A stretch of DNA of 64,000 nucleotides. Source: Eukaryota sp. TZLM1-RC (Eukaryota > Protista > Metamonada: BaSk clade). This document shows, piece by piece, positions 12,131-23,136 of the stretch. Under the pieces are notes generated by a model. It ran no database searches. It had not been told where the DNA came from and saw only the letters and a program-made list of their open reading frames with translations. Each line of letters starts with the position of its first letter. Position 1 is the stretch's first letter. The position numbers and the translations under genes were made by a program. The DNA is taken from assembly GCA_040285825.1 (NCBI GenBank), contig JAUPSS010000013.1, positions 310,001 through 374,000 of the forward strand, read 5' to 3'.

Positions 12131-14173
12131 TTACACGAATTGTTTATTTTCATCTACATAGTCACGGAAGATATCAATCAAATACCTTTCAGCCGAATAC
12201 TGAATCCACCATGGAAAACAAGATAACTCAACTAGATATTGACTCCTAATTAGTTTAACACATTTAACTAAACCTTGATTAATAAATTTTGTTGGAGATA
12301 GGGATGAATTCTGAAGTGAGTCTTGAAAGAGTATGTGTGACTGAATGAATTTCAAATCGGGAAAGCTTTGTTCAGTGATATTGGCAGGAACACTGAAATG
12401 AATTATCAATTCCCTCAATTTTGGTAATTGAATTTCAACATAAATAGACATCAATAAATAAACTTCCAATCTAATAATTGATTGCGGTAGAGGTATCTCT
12501 TCTTCTAACACTCCTTCTGAATTGTCAAAGCCGGTTACAACCAATTCTTTTAGTGACGTAAGATAGCTTAAGTCATCAACTTGAATGCCGTCATGTTTAA
12601 GAACCAACTTCACTAGTGAAGTGGGTAATTGGTTTATATTGATTTTACAATGGATTTCTGCACTTTTGAGTTGCAATAAATGTGCTAAATTGAGAGACAA
12701 ATCACTTACTAGTAATGAACCAAGCTGCAAAATCTCAACATTTGGGAAAAATGACAATATTTTTAGGTCAACTTCATCATAGTAAACATCAAGTTTTTTA
12801 ATTCTAGTATTAATCACTTCAGGACCAATATAATCAGTAGATAATCTCAATCGTAAATCACAAATATTTTCATTTAAATTTAATTCTTGTGGATCTTTTA
12901 AAAACATCTTGTTTTGAATCGGATGAGCATTACAGACTTCTTGAGCAAATTGAGCTACCCTATTACTAATTCCACATTTGAGGTAAAATCTTGCTTTAAC
13001 ATATGGATGATTGCCAAAGAGAGTTTGCAAATAATTTAAATATTCCCAATAAACAAGCTTAATTAGACCACTAAACATTCTATCCAAAGGTTGTCTTGGA
13101 TATTGGAAACTGCCAAGTATTTCAGATCCAAATACTTTGACAGGTTGTGGTCGATCAATCAAATCACCTGTTCCTAATTGCCCTTTATCGTTCCTTCCCC
13201 ATGCCCAAACAGTGTTTTTGTTGTAGGCAAAAAGGAAGTCATGACCTACTGAAATACCTTCTATATTATCGAAAGCTTCAATACAAATTGGCTCGTCGTG
13301 ATTTTCATAAACATTACTAATTTTACTCAACTCACCCCAAACAAAAACTTTACCATCATTATCAATGGCAGCATAAATACCACCATAACCACTAACAGAA
13401 ACAATATTATTCAACCCTGGAACTTTAGTGGGTTTTTTATTGAAAGGAACATCATCATTACCCTTGTTAAACTCCCAGACTTCACCATTAGCATCAATAA
13501 TGAATAGAAAATCACTTGAAAGAGCAATAGAATTCGTTATTTTCAACTCAACAATTTGAAACTTCATCAAACAAAAACAATCACAAAAGAAAAAATCACC
13601 AGTATTGTCAATTGCAACAAAAGAATCATCATCCACAGATATAACTTGAATATTGCTGATCCGTTGTATTGTTTCAAAACAAGTATAACTTCCAAATTTG
13701 ACAACTTGACCTTCTTGGGTCACAACAAATGAACTGCTGTCACCACCATAAACTTCACAAACACTGAAAGAGGTGTTTAGTGGATTTATCGAACCCTTTC
13801 TTGAGCTACCGAAGCATAATTCCTTGTTAATGTTCAGTCCCCAACCAAATAACTTACCTTCAGAAGAGAGAGCAAGGGAGTGATCATTGGCGGTGGAAAT
13901 GGAAACAATGTTATTGATTGGTATTTTGATTGGTGATTTGATTGTTCCAGCTCCATGATTAAGCACTTGATGTTCGAAATTTCTTCCCCATCCATAAACT
14001 TCACCAGAATGGGTGAGGAGAAGGGTGTGACCAGATTTTCTTGAAATTGCCTTCACACCAGATTGAGGAATTGAAGAATGAGAAGAAAGGTCGGGCAAAC
14101 TGCCAGTATGACAGTTGTGGAGGGTATTACCATTAATGAACGAAGGGGAGCAAGTTACGTTGGATATGACCAT
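12131..14173 (-). CDS. RCC1/BLIP-II repeat protein with C-terminal LRR-like region
   Basis: RCC1 repeats (HTLLLTHSGEVYGWGRN, HSLALSSEGKLFGWG, WAWGRNDKGQLG) and LPTSLVKLVL / LTSLKELVV leucine-rich repeats. Confidence 0.9.
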   Translation of the reverse strand: MVISNVTCSPSFINGNTLHNCHTGSLPDLSSHSSIPQSGVKAISRKSGHTLLLTHSGEVYGWGRNFEHQVLNHGAGTIKSPIKIPINNIVSISTANDHSLALSSEGKLFGWGLNINKELCFGSSRKGSINPLNTSFSVCEVYGGDSSSFVVTQEGQVVKFGSYTCFETIQRISNIQVISVDDDSFVAIDNTGDFFFCDCFCLMKFQIVELKITNSIALSSDFLFIIDANGEVWEFNKGNDDVPFNKKPTKVPGLNNIVSVSGYGGIYAAIDNDGKVFVWGELSKISNVYENHDEPICIEAFDNIEGISVGHDFLFAYNKNTVWAWGRNDKGQLGTGDLIDRPQPVKVFGSEILGSFQYPRQPLDRMFSGLIKLVYWEYLNYLQTLFGNHPYVKARFYLKCGISNRVAQFAQEVCNAHPIQNKMFLKDPQELNLNENICDLRLRLSTDYIGPEVINTRIKKLDVYYDEVDLKILSFFPNVEILQLGSLLVSDLSLNLAHLLQLKSAEIHCKININQLPTSLVKLVLKHDGIQVDDLSYLTSLKELVVTGFDNSEGVLEEEIPLPQSIIRLEVYLLMSIYVEIQLPKLRELIIHFSVPANITEQSFPDLKFIQSHILFQDSLQNSSLSPTKFINQGLVKCVKLIRSQYLVELSCFPWWIQYSAERYLIDIFRDYVDENKQFV

Positions 14174-14550
14174 AATTTGGATGGAGAGGGAGAGGGGAAG
14201 GGAAAATTGTTGAGATAGCTGGATGGGAAGAGAACAAGAGGAAATGAAATTGCAATCAGCATGTCAGACATCGTGTCAGAGATTATCTTGACTCTTCCCA
14301 TTCTTCTAACATCATGCAGAAAAAGGAGAAAAAGGATGACGAGGTTACAAACTCAGTTCCCACCTCCTCCTTCAACTTGTTCTTCAAAGAACAGCCGAGT
14401 ACTTCTTCCCGAACTCCTCAGTCGGGAACAGTCATCCTGTTTTACAGGAATAAACGGAAGGTCAGCGCCTCGATTTCTTATCGAAATCGTCGTTCTAATC
14501 CTTCCGTGGGGGTAGAGTATTGCACTTTTTTCAGTCATCATGTGAGTCAT

Positions 14551-15010
14551 GATATGGGTGCTGTTGAATCAGCCATGGTGCTAATCACCTTGGATATGGG
14601 ATGCTCTTCTTTGTGTTTTGTTTTGAATTGTTATTTTGATGTTGAAGAGTTTGTTGTTTTTTGTGGTTTAGCTGTTTGTATTGTAGATATGGAATGTTGT
14701 TCTTGTTTGTGTTTTGTTTTACATTGTTGTTACTTTGATGTTTTTGATTTTGTTGATTGTTTTAGTTTAGGTACTTGTACTTTGAATATGGGATGTTTTT
14801 CTTGTTTATGTTTTGTTTTGAATTATTGTCTTGATGTTTTTGGGTTTGTGGTTTTTCGTGGTTTACGTACTTGTACTGTAGATGTGGGATGTTTTTTTGT
14901 ATATGTTTTGTTTTACATAGTTGTTTTGATGTTTATGAGTTTGTTCATTTTTGTGGTTTAAATTCTTGCCCTTTGGGTATGGGATGTTCTGTCTTAAATT
15001 CTTATTTTGA
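14551..15010 (+). repeat. Degenerate ~92-100 bp tandem repeat, about 5 units, G/T-rich
   Basis: Recurring GATATGGGATG-like ... TGTTTTGTTTT ... TTTGATGTT ... GTGGTTTA blocks near 14594, 14686, 14786, 14881 and 14977. Confidence 0.8.
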
Positions 15011-15107
15011 TAATGTTGAGTTTGATTATTATGTTTATAATGTGTCTTTTCAATCCAGAAGCTGCCAAAATCTTCTATCAACAAACCCATTTACTGTTGA
15101 TTTAACA

Positions 15108-16208
15108 ATGGATGGAAATGTTGAAGCAAATTCTGGTCAAAAAGGAAAAAAATCTAATTCCAAATTAACTCCTCCATCAAAAATTATTAAAAATGCGATT
15201 TTTGACCGACAAACATGAAAGTGTTAGCTAAAAAAACAACAAAAAGCACTAAACCAAGAAATTTGTATTGAGAATATAATGTTGAATATCAAGAACAGGA
15301 AGATTTTGACAAAAAAAACCATTGAAACCGAGTATGGTCAAAAAAATTGCGCCAAGTCGTAGTGGCTTGAAGACTGATTCATTGATTCAATTCAAATCAA
15401 TGACCTCAAATCAATATCTTCCCATTGTTATGTGCTTTGATCTTGAAACCTATCATGATGGTCATCTTTATCAAAATCATGATGGCCAATTTCTCCCTCC
15501 TGGTGAGATTAACAACAAAAAGAGAAAAGAGGGTGCAAATCATTTGAAAAAGAAAACTGATGAGCAAATGGGTGAGTGGATTTCTGTTAAAAAAGTGTTT
15601 TTAATTTCGATTGATGTTGGTAAGTTTGATCGCCAAAATTTCATTTTGGGAAAGTAAATATTCACTTATATTGAGAATACGCCCTCAAATTAGATTACCA
15701 GACATTGATATGCATGTTCAGGCAGAAATTTTCTCTGACGAAAAAACCTTGCTTCGTAAAATTTTGAAACATTGTTGGAAATCATCAACCTCATTGTTTT
15801 TTTAATCACAAATTAATGCAGTTTGTTTTACAAGTTTTAAAAAATAGATTAAATTATTTTGATTTACCTTTTCCCACTGTTCGAGATGATACAACAATTG
15901 ATGTACTCAATCAACTTTCACCGAGATGGAGAGAAGTTGTCATCAGGGAAAATGGCTTTTTTCTTTTAGATACTTGGGTTTTTGCCAAAAAAATCATAAA
16001 AATACCCTACGGACATGGATTAGGCAATCTGGCATATAAAATGATAAATGAAAAGAAACTCAAACTTTATCAGGAATTTTCCAATATTTTGCCTATTGAT
16101 TGTTTAGCTTCTTCTCCTCTGTTACAATATTCGATTCAATATGGGCTTCATGATTGTATCCTTTGTCTGAAACTTTTCGTGCTGTTTCAGAAAGACAAAT
16201 TGATTTAA
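15108..16208 (+). pseudogene. PolB-type DEDDy 3'-5' exonuclease domain; N-terminal part of a probable exonuclease-Fanzor fusion
   Basis: ExoI MCFDLETY, FSDEKTLL, decayed ExoII H(K)LMQF(V)L..LKNR, G.FLLD....K....GLGNLA...NEKK, and ExoIII YGLHD, spread across three frames. Confidence 0.75.
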
Positions 16209-16211
16209 TAA

Positions 16212-17400
16212 TCTTATAAAACCATTCCGGCAACCGTCAACTCAATGGTTAAACATTCAAATGTGATACTCAAATTGAGAGAAACTGCTTTGAAATTTCA
16301 ACAATTACGTATCCACACCACTTGTTGCTTAAAGCTGTATTGACAGTCTTGTTTTGAACGTTATTTTATACCACCACGAATATCTGCCCAATTATATGAA
16401 TCATTAATGTCCAAAATTCGTTTGAGTATTATGGGAAAGAAATGGTGAAACCAAAAATGGCGTTTCCAGAGGATTTTGAAAACTTTGTTTATGGTGAAGG
16501 AGATTATAGATTATCGACCACCTTTGAACAACAAAAGTTAAACAAAACTGTAAGTTATGTAGACCATTTGAGATATAGGCCTGAGTTTTTTCCACAATTT
16601 CCAACTGATGGCTTCAGTAGACCACCTCAGTATATGGCCCCAGTAATGTTTGCCAATTTTGAGAATAATTTGAAACTAAATTTACATATTAATATGTAAA
16701 AACATATTAATCGATTTATTAATGTTTACTTTGACAAACCAGATGTGGAAAATGTGTTATCAGAAAGGCACAAGCTAGGTGGATACTCAACGCCATTATC
16801 TACAATTATTTCACTATATAGATTTAGGTTTCGTCAATTTAAAAATTTGTTTTTAGTTGATGATAGAGATTGCTTGAGTTCTTTGTTCTATCATCCTGAA
16901 AATATTGCAGACCTTCTGAATGATGAATTTTTCGATTTATGTGAACAACATGATATAAGAAATAATGAACTTAGAGACATGTTTGAAGGTCTTATTGAGC
17001 CATTTACTTGCCAAATTGAGAATTTGGTCATTGTCGAGAATTTAGTTGACAACATATTTCCAGTGAATATACCCTTTCTTGCAGACGCTGTTGCAAAAGA
17101 TCCTCAAATATTCCTAAAAACAGCAATTACAATTGCCCAATATATCTCCAGTAGAGCGAATAAACCTTATCATATTTCTCCTGTTTCAACCACTGTAGGC
17201 CTTGGATATTTTCCCATTGATACAAGAACACTATGGAGAATTGTTAAACAAACATTGATGGATGATTTATCATCCACACAGACGCTGAAAAAGTCCAATA
17301 CATTAGCCCAAATTACTAAATTCAAACCACCACAGCAATTTGACTTTTGGTCTAATATTCTCGATTTAAACCAACCATTGTTCAAACAGAGGAGCTATCA
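16212..17400 (+). pseudogene. Fanzor1 N-terminal region (WED/REC), truncated before RuvC-I
   Basis: YKTI...RIHTTCCLKLY, QYMA..MFANFENN...HINRFINVYF, DPQIFLK, PYHISP...YFPIDTRTL and FWSNILDL..PLFKQ..Y occur in the order recalled for Fanzor1 proteins. Confidence 0.7.
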
Positions 17401-18364
17401 TTGTTTCTTTGTATAGCCCCGCTAACGAGGTTAAGCCTTATTCCTTAAATTCAGTTCGTCTCCCATGTATGCAATTAAAAGTACTAGTTGCTGAAGCGAT
17501 TGACCATTTAACACAATAGATATTTTGGGGAGTGTAATTTATAAATTGATCAATAGTGGAAGCAGAATGTTTATATTGATGACTCTACATAGTATAACAA
17601 CATGGATCAAATACAATGTCCATTATCTAGGAAACTACAACACTAAGAAAACAAGGAAACTGAAAAATAGTGGCGCTGAAACCTCAAACAAGAAACAAAT
17701 GAAAAGAAATTTTTTTATTTTGTTAAAAAAAGAGCCCAAATCCCTTCTGGCTTGTGTGTCAACCTGGAATAAATCAATTTTTTTGTAATTTACTCTAAGA
17801 TTTTGTATGCCAAAGTAAAAAGCTTGATACTTCATGTAAGTTGTATGAGTCAATGACACTATAAATATTTTTAGTTTTAAATGTAATATTAATTAGTGTT
17901 GTATTATAGAAACTCTCAAAAAACATCATCAGAATAGAATCAATTGGATTATTTGTTGTCAATCTCGATCTCAGTATCCAGTCTCAGTCTATGTGCACCA
18001 TAAGATTTTCCAATATCATGCACCTCTTCAACTGACGCTTCAAGATCATATTCGCTCACCACCTCCCACTCAACAGAATGCAATGAGGTCTTGGAAGTGA
18101 AAATTGAATCATTGTTTAACTACAAATATTGAGAATTGTAAGAAAAATTAGATTTAACAAATAATAGAGAAACTAAAATTCTGGCAAACAGCAAGGATGG
18201 GCAAGTCTCAGATTGGTTTAGATGTCTCTCTTAATGATGCCATCTCTGCTTTAGATGAAGAAATTGAAAATTGAAGTTGTCTAAGCAAGAAATTGTAGAG
18301 CTGATGGAGGCGCTATTGTTTAATAGCTTGTCCCCAATTACCCTTCCCGTCTAATCATATTTCA

Positions 18365-19267
18365 ATGCATGGACTCAACTTATCCTCAGACAGGGCACGC
18401 CTCCTTGTCTTTCTTGGTCTTAATTTTTTCTTTATGTTTGCTGAAGTCTTCTATGGCATCCTTACAAACTCACTCGCTCTTATTTCTGATGCCTTCCACA
18501 TGGTTTTTGATTGTATCTCTCTAGTAGTCTCTCTCTATGCCATGTCTATTTCATCCAAACCCCCATCCAACTCCTACACATTTGGCTTTATCCGAACCGA
18601 AACTCTTGCTGCTTTTGTCAATGGTGTCCTTCTTCTTTTCGTTTCTTTCTTTCTTCTATTCGAAGGTTTCTTGCGTGTCTTTTCCCCTCCCGACATCTCA
18701 CACACACCTCAGCTCCTCACTGTAGCCATTCTTGGACTTTTAGTTAACCTTGTCGGCGTCTTTTTCTTCTCCCACCACTCCCACTCCCACTCACATGATG
18801 ACGTCAGCACCACTCATGGTGACGTGTCTCATAACCATTCCCATCATGAGAACATGAGAGGAGTCTTCCTTCATATTCTAGCAGATACGCTTGGATCTGT
18901 AGGGGTAGTTATTGCTTGTATTACTGTGATGAAAAAAGGATGGATGATTGCTGATCCTTTGGTCTCGTTGGCCATAAGTTCTTTAATATTCAAGGCGGCT
19001 TTGCCTCTGGTGTTAAATAGTGGGAAGACTTTATTAATGGTGACGTCATCGGGTCAAAAAGAAGGTCAAATTAGAAGAAAAGTGTTGACATTGCCATTTG
19101 TATTGGATGTTGTTAAGGAAAAGTTTTTTGTTCTGGTTCCAGGTAAAAATGTTTTATTTATAAAGGTAAAGGTCAGTTCACGTGATCATTTGATTGATGA
19201 TTTGATTGATGAGATAAGGGGGTTGTTAACTGGTGATGCTGATAAGATTTTCATTGAAGTCTGCTGA
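18365..19267 (+). CDS. Cation diffusion facilitator zinc transporter (ZnT5/7, Msc2-like)
   Basis: SLALISDAFHMVFD, His-rich loop, and NMRGVFLHILADTLGSVGV. Confidence 0.95.
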   Translation: MHGLNLSSDRARLLVFLGLNFFFMFAEVFYGILTNSLALISDAFHMVFDCISLVVSLYAMSISSKPPSNSYTFGFIRTETLAAFVNGVLLLFVSFFLLFEGFLRVFSPPDISHTPQLLTVAILGLLVNLVGVFFFSHHSHSHSHDDVSTTHGDVSHNHSHHENMRGVFLHILADTLGSVGVVIACITVMKKGWMIADPLVSLAISSLIFKAALPLVLNSGKTLLMVTSSGQKEGQIRRKVLTLPFVLDVVKEKFFVLVPGKNVLFIKVKVSSRDHLIDDLIDEIRGLLTGDADKIFIEVC

Positions 19268-20184
19268 AATCAATTTTGTATTTTTTTATTTTTTTTATTT
19301 TTGAATTTTTTATTTCTGATTATAGTTTTTCCCAAAATGAGATATGCTTCATAATTATGACATTTATTCAGTTTATTTTCTCAGAAATAAGATTAAGTTG
19401 GGTTTTTAATTTTATTTAAACCAACAAACTTGTAATAAACTAATTTTTATTCCAATGAATTCCAACAATTATTTAAAATTCCTCTTGTTTTCTCTATTTT
19501 GGCCTTGTTTGTAAGTCTCAGACAATGTTAATGGAAGATATATATCTACATTATTCTTGTTAATGATTCTTATAAATTCACTCCCTCAATTGTAACTTTG
19601 AAAATAAAACTACTTTGAATTATTGCTAAACAGAACAACTTCGTATTTAATAGTAATTTATTCATCTTGCACAGTGAACACAATAAACTCCTAACCAATG
19701 GGACTAAATTCTATGAACTAAGATTTCATCTACTAATTCTTGATGTATAAACAGAACAATGAATTTAAACTATACTTTTTTGATTGACACTACATTTGAA
19801 TAATGCTAACAATTGTCTCTCTTCAATACAAACAGCCTTAAAACAATCTACATTCATCTTTGGTGAAACAAAAACTACATTGGACGTATTTTGACCTCTA
19901 TTTATGTGCTTGTTGCTTCACAAGCTGTTCTATTGTTGAGCTAATTGTTGTAGGTTCATCAAAGCATATTAAGACATTACTGAAAGAATAATTCTCCATT
20001 TTATTCACTGATGGTGGATTCAATACAAGATTTTGATGACACTTTCATTGGTTCTGCTTATGTTGTCAAAAACTGTTGTTGGTTATCCATGTTTCCCCAT
20101 GAATGAAAGATACTTTCATTTGTTGAATCCCACACAATTCACCTTCAAGTTCTTCAATCTTCATGGAGTGTTGCATTTCTATGA

Positions 20185-20298
20185 TGGGTTGGAGGGCTTG
20201 AAGAATTGGGTGATGTACAAATTAGTCATTTGTATATCGAAAGGTTGTTGAGAATGGAGAGTTTGCTAAACTTTTCACTTTTTTAAATAGTGCTTAAA
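20185..20298 (+). pseudogene. Degraded fragment of the thioesterase 3' end and its flank
   Basis: WVGGLEELGDVQ.SHL.IERLLRMES-like sequence plus downstream TTTTTAAATAGTGCTT matches 37800-37925 inverted. Confidence 0.8.
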
Positions 20299-20699
20299 AA
20301 TTTTATTTATTGAATTTGCACACTTAATTAAATTAACTCATAACTAATGGGACAACTATCATTGAACCAAGATTTCCTCTACAAAATCTTGATCTGCTTG
20401 CTGTCTAGCTAAAGCTTCTCTTATTCGATTGAAAAACCGAGGTAATCTATTAATAATGGCAAATTGAATCCGTGAACGCCATAAAAAAATATCAAATCTT
20501 TTCATTGTTTTTTCTTGCACCATTTTTTGGAAGTCATTCAAACAAGTTTTTGCTTCATCTGATAATCTTCCATTTATCGAAAATGGGAAAGCAATAAAAA
20601 CCAGCTGTGTATTTCTATCGGCATTAGCCTCTTCAATATCTTTATCATATTTTCTATGTTTCTCTTTTGCTTTAAAATCAAGAGCAGTCACAGGATTAA

Positions 20700-23136
20700 A
20701 TTTTAAGTGCCCTAAACCTAATAATGTAAGTTATTGGGAGCAAAATCCCGTAACTAATGATGAACTAATTAAATTGATAAACCACTTACCATCTGGAAAA
20801 GCGCCTGGTCCATCAATGATCACTTTTGACATGTTAAAATCCACGATAAACCAATGTCCTGAATGTATTGATGATTTGGTTTTCTTTTTCAACAAAATTT
20901 TAACATTAAAAATGAAGCTTCCATCTGAAATGACAAGTTCACGCTTAATTGCTTTAAAAAAGAATGAATCAAAAATAAGGCCAATTGCAATTGGTGAATC
21001 TTTGTCTCGTATTCTTGCTTCAGCTGTGTTTGGCAGGATTGGTAAAAAGGCTAAAGATTTTTTTAGTCCTTTCCAATTTGGAATTAAAACAGTTGATGGT
21101 GCATCTTCTGCAGCACTCTCTTCTGATGTCTTTTTTAATTCCAATACTTCGAATTATATTTTTAATTTGGATTTTAAAAACGCTTTCTATGCAGTGAAGA
21201 GGTCGTCCATCTTGCCCTTGCTTCAAACTCATTTTCCAGAAGCTGAGTCGTTCTTTTACAATTTTTATGGCTCACAGTCAACTCTTGTTTATGAGGAATT
21301 CAATCCAATATCATCATCTGGTGTCAAACAAGGTGATCCATTAGGTCCTTTCTTTTTCTGTCTTGCTATCCATCCTTTAATGTGTGAATTAAAACAAGAA
21401 TTTCCAGATGTTCATATAACTGCTTATATGGATGACATATCAATAATTGGTCCAATTGATTCATTGAGAACAATTGCTGAAATTGTTCAACAGCGCTATT
21501 ATGAAATTGGTCTTTCTCTAAATATTTCCAAATGTTTATTGATTGGTAGAGAGCCTGCTGATTTCATTATTGATGGTCAAAGTGTTCCTTTTATCAATTA
21601 TTTTGAATCAGGATTTCGTTTTTTAGGTTGTTATTTAGGCAACTTTGATGAAATTCGAAATCAACTTTCCTCTCTTTTGGATAATTTTGAAGAAGAATTG
21701 ATGGTTCTTTCAGATTTAAATATTGAAAAACATCTTAAATTTTTCTTCCTCAGAATTTGTTATTCAGGGAAATTTACTCATATTTTACGATCAACATCAC
21801 CATCTATTTCTCTCGAATTTTGCAGAATTTTTAATGAATTAAGAACAAAATTTTTGGCTAATTTGCTCGATATTGATTCTTCTTTTTTACGTAGTCATAT
21901 TTTTTGTAGCACAGAATTGGGAGGCCTGGATTTTCACAAATCAAAATATTTGTGTAAAGCCGCATTCATCGGTGGAGGAAAAAATTTCGTTTTTGAATTT
22001 TTGAAACGTTTTCCTGAAAACCAGCATTTGATAGAATGTTGTGTTAGTGACTATTTAGTGTCCTTGCAGAGTGAAATTGAATGCATCTCTCCTCACATAT
22101 GGTCCAAATGCTTTCCTGCTGATATTCAAGAAATTCCACCCAGGAGTTTGATTTCCTTGAAATTTGCATATGCTAAATTGCAGAAAAAGATATTAAAAGT
22201 TTTTGAAAACTTGGATTTCACTGTTCGTCTTAGCTTGGCTAAAGAAAAGAATCCCGTTTTGCAAACTTTTTAATTGACCTCAAGGATAGTAGCTCAAGTT
22301 GTCTTATTTCCCAGATTCCAAATGTATATGGTCTATTATTAAATGATCATCAATGGACAACTGCCTTCAGGATGAGGTGTTTCTTGTGGCCATGTAGTGT
22401 GCCAAATGATTTGATTTGTCGTTGTGGTCAGCTCATTAATCTGAATCATTTATTTAATTGCAAATTTAATATTACATATCGCTCAGTTGTTCACGATGCT
22501 GTTAGAGACCAACTATACGCTATGTGCAAAAGCCATCACATTGAAGCTTTTGTTGAACCACTTGTGCGAAGGTTGTCATCTGAAAATGAAAATGAAAATA
22601 CTTTTGGGAAACGCCGTGCTGATTTAATTACCCCTGCGACTGATGGTGTTATTAAAGTTGTTGATGTTGTCACTGTTGATGTTTGTAAAGACTCAGCAAT
22701 TGACTTTGCTAAAAGAGATGAAACTCCACTTTGCTTTGCTGAAAAGAGCAAAATCAAAAAGTACAATGAACCCTTATCTCAGCTAGGACGTGTTGAGCAT
22801 GTTAAGTATCAGTTGGTTCCATTTGCTGTTTCTCTTTTTGGTAACATTGGAATATCTGGCATTAAATTTCTTGAAGGTTTCAGAAGTTTAATAAAAGAAA
22901 GAGCAGGAAAAGAATTGAACTTCAATTTCTGGCACAATAGAATTGTTTTCAGTATTCTTAAAGCAATTCCAGAAATGTTGACCAAAGCACTGTTACAATT
23001 AGGAATAGAGTATGAAAATCGCGCGCTTAAAAGATTTGATGATGTTGATGCGTGTATTGAGGATATTGAGTTCTAGTTTTTTGTTTAATGTTTTGTTAGC
23101 GTTGAAAATAAATTTATCCTAAAAAAAACAAAAAAA
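20700..23136 (+). mobile_element. 5'-truncated CRE-like family B element nested in family A
   Basis: RT at 20774-22273 and RLE at 22372-23076 (CRCG..HLFNC, HDAV, RADL, KIKKY). Poly(A) tail; TSD AGGATTAA at 20692-20699 and 23137-23144. Confidence 0.95.

Noticed and set aside
14314-14400. HMG-box gene (PTSSFNLFFKEQ)
   Set aside because: The resemblance covers only about 12 aa and does not continue into the remaining helices.
14551-15010. CRISPR-like array next to an RNA-guided nuclease
   Set aside because: The units are degenerate along their whole length; there is no identical repeat alternating with unique spacers.
15322-16208. Complete DNA polymerase B or Polinton/viral insertion
   Set aside because: Only the exonuclease domain is present; no polymerase motifs, capsid or packaging ATPase were seen.
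16206-16699. Alternative genetic code (TAA/TAG = Gln) explaining in-frame stops
   Set aside because: Intact host genes end in TAA (RCC1, SUN), TAG (GH15, GNAT) and TGA (MCM4, CDF), and the region also has frameshifts, so this is decay.
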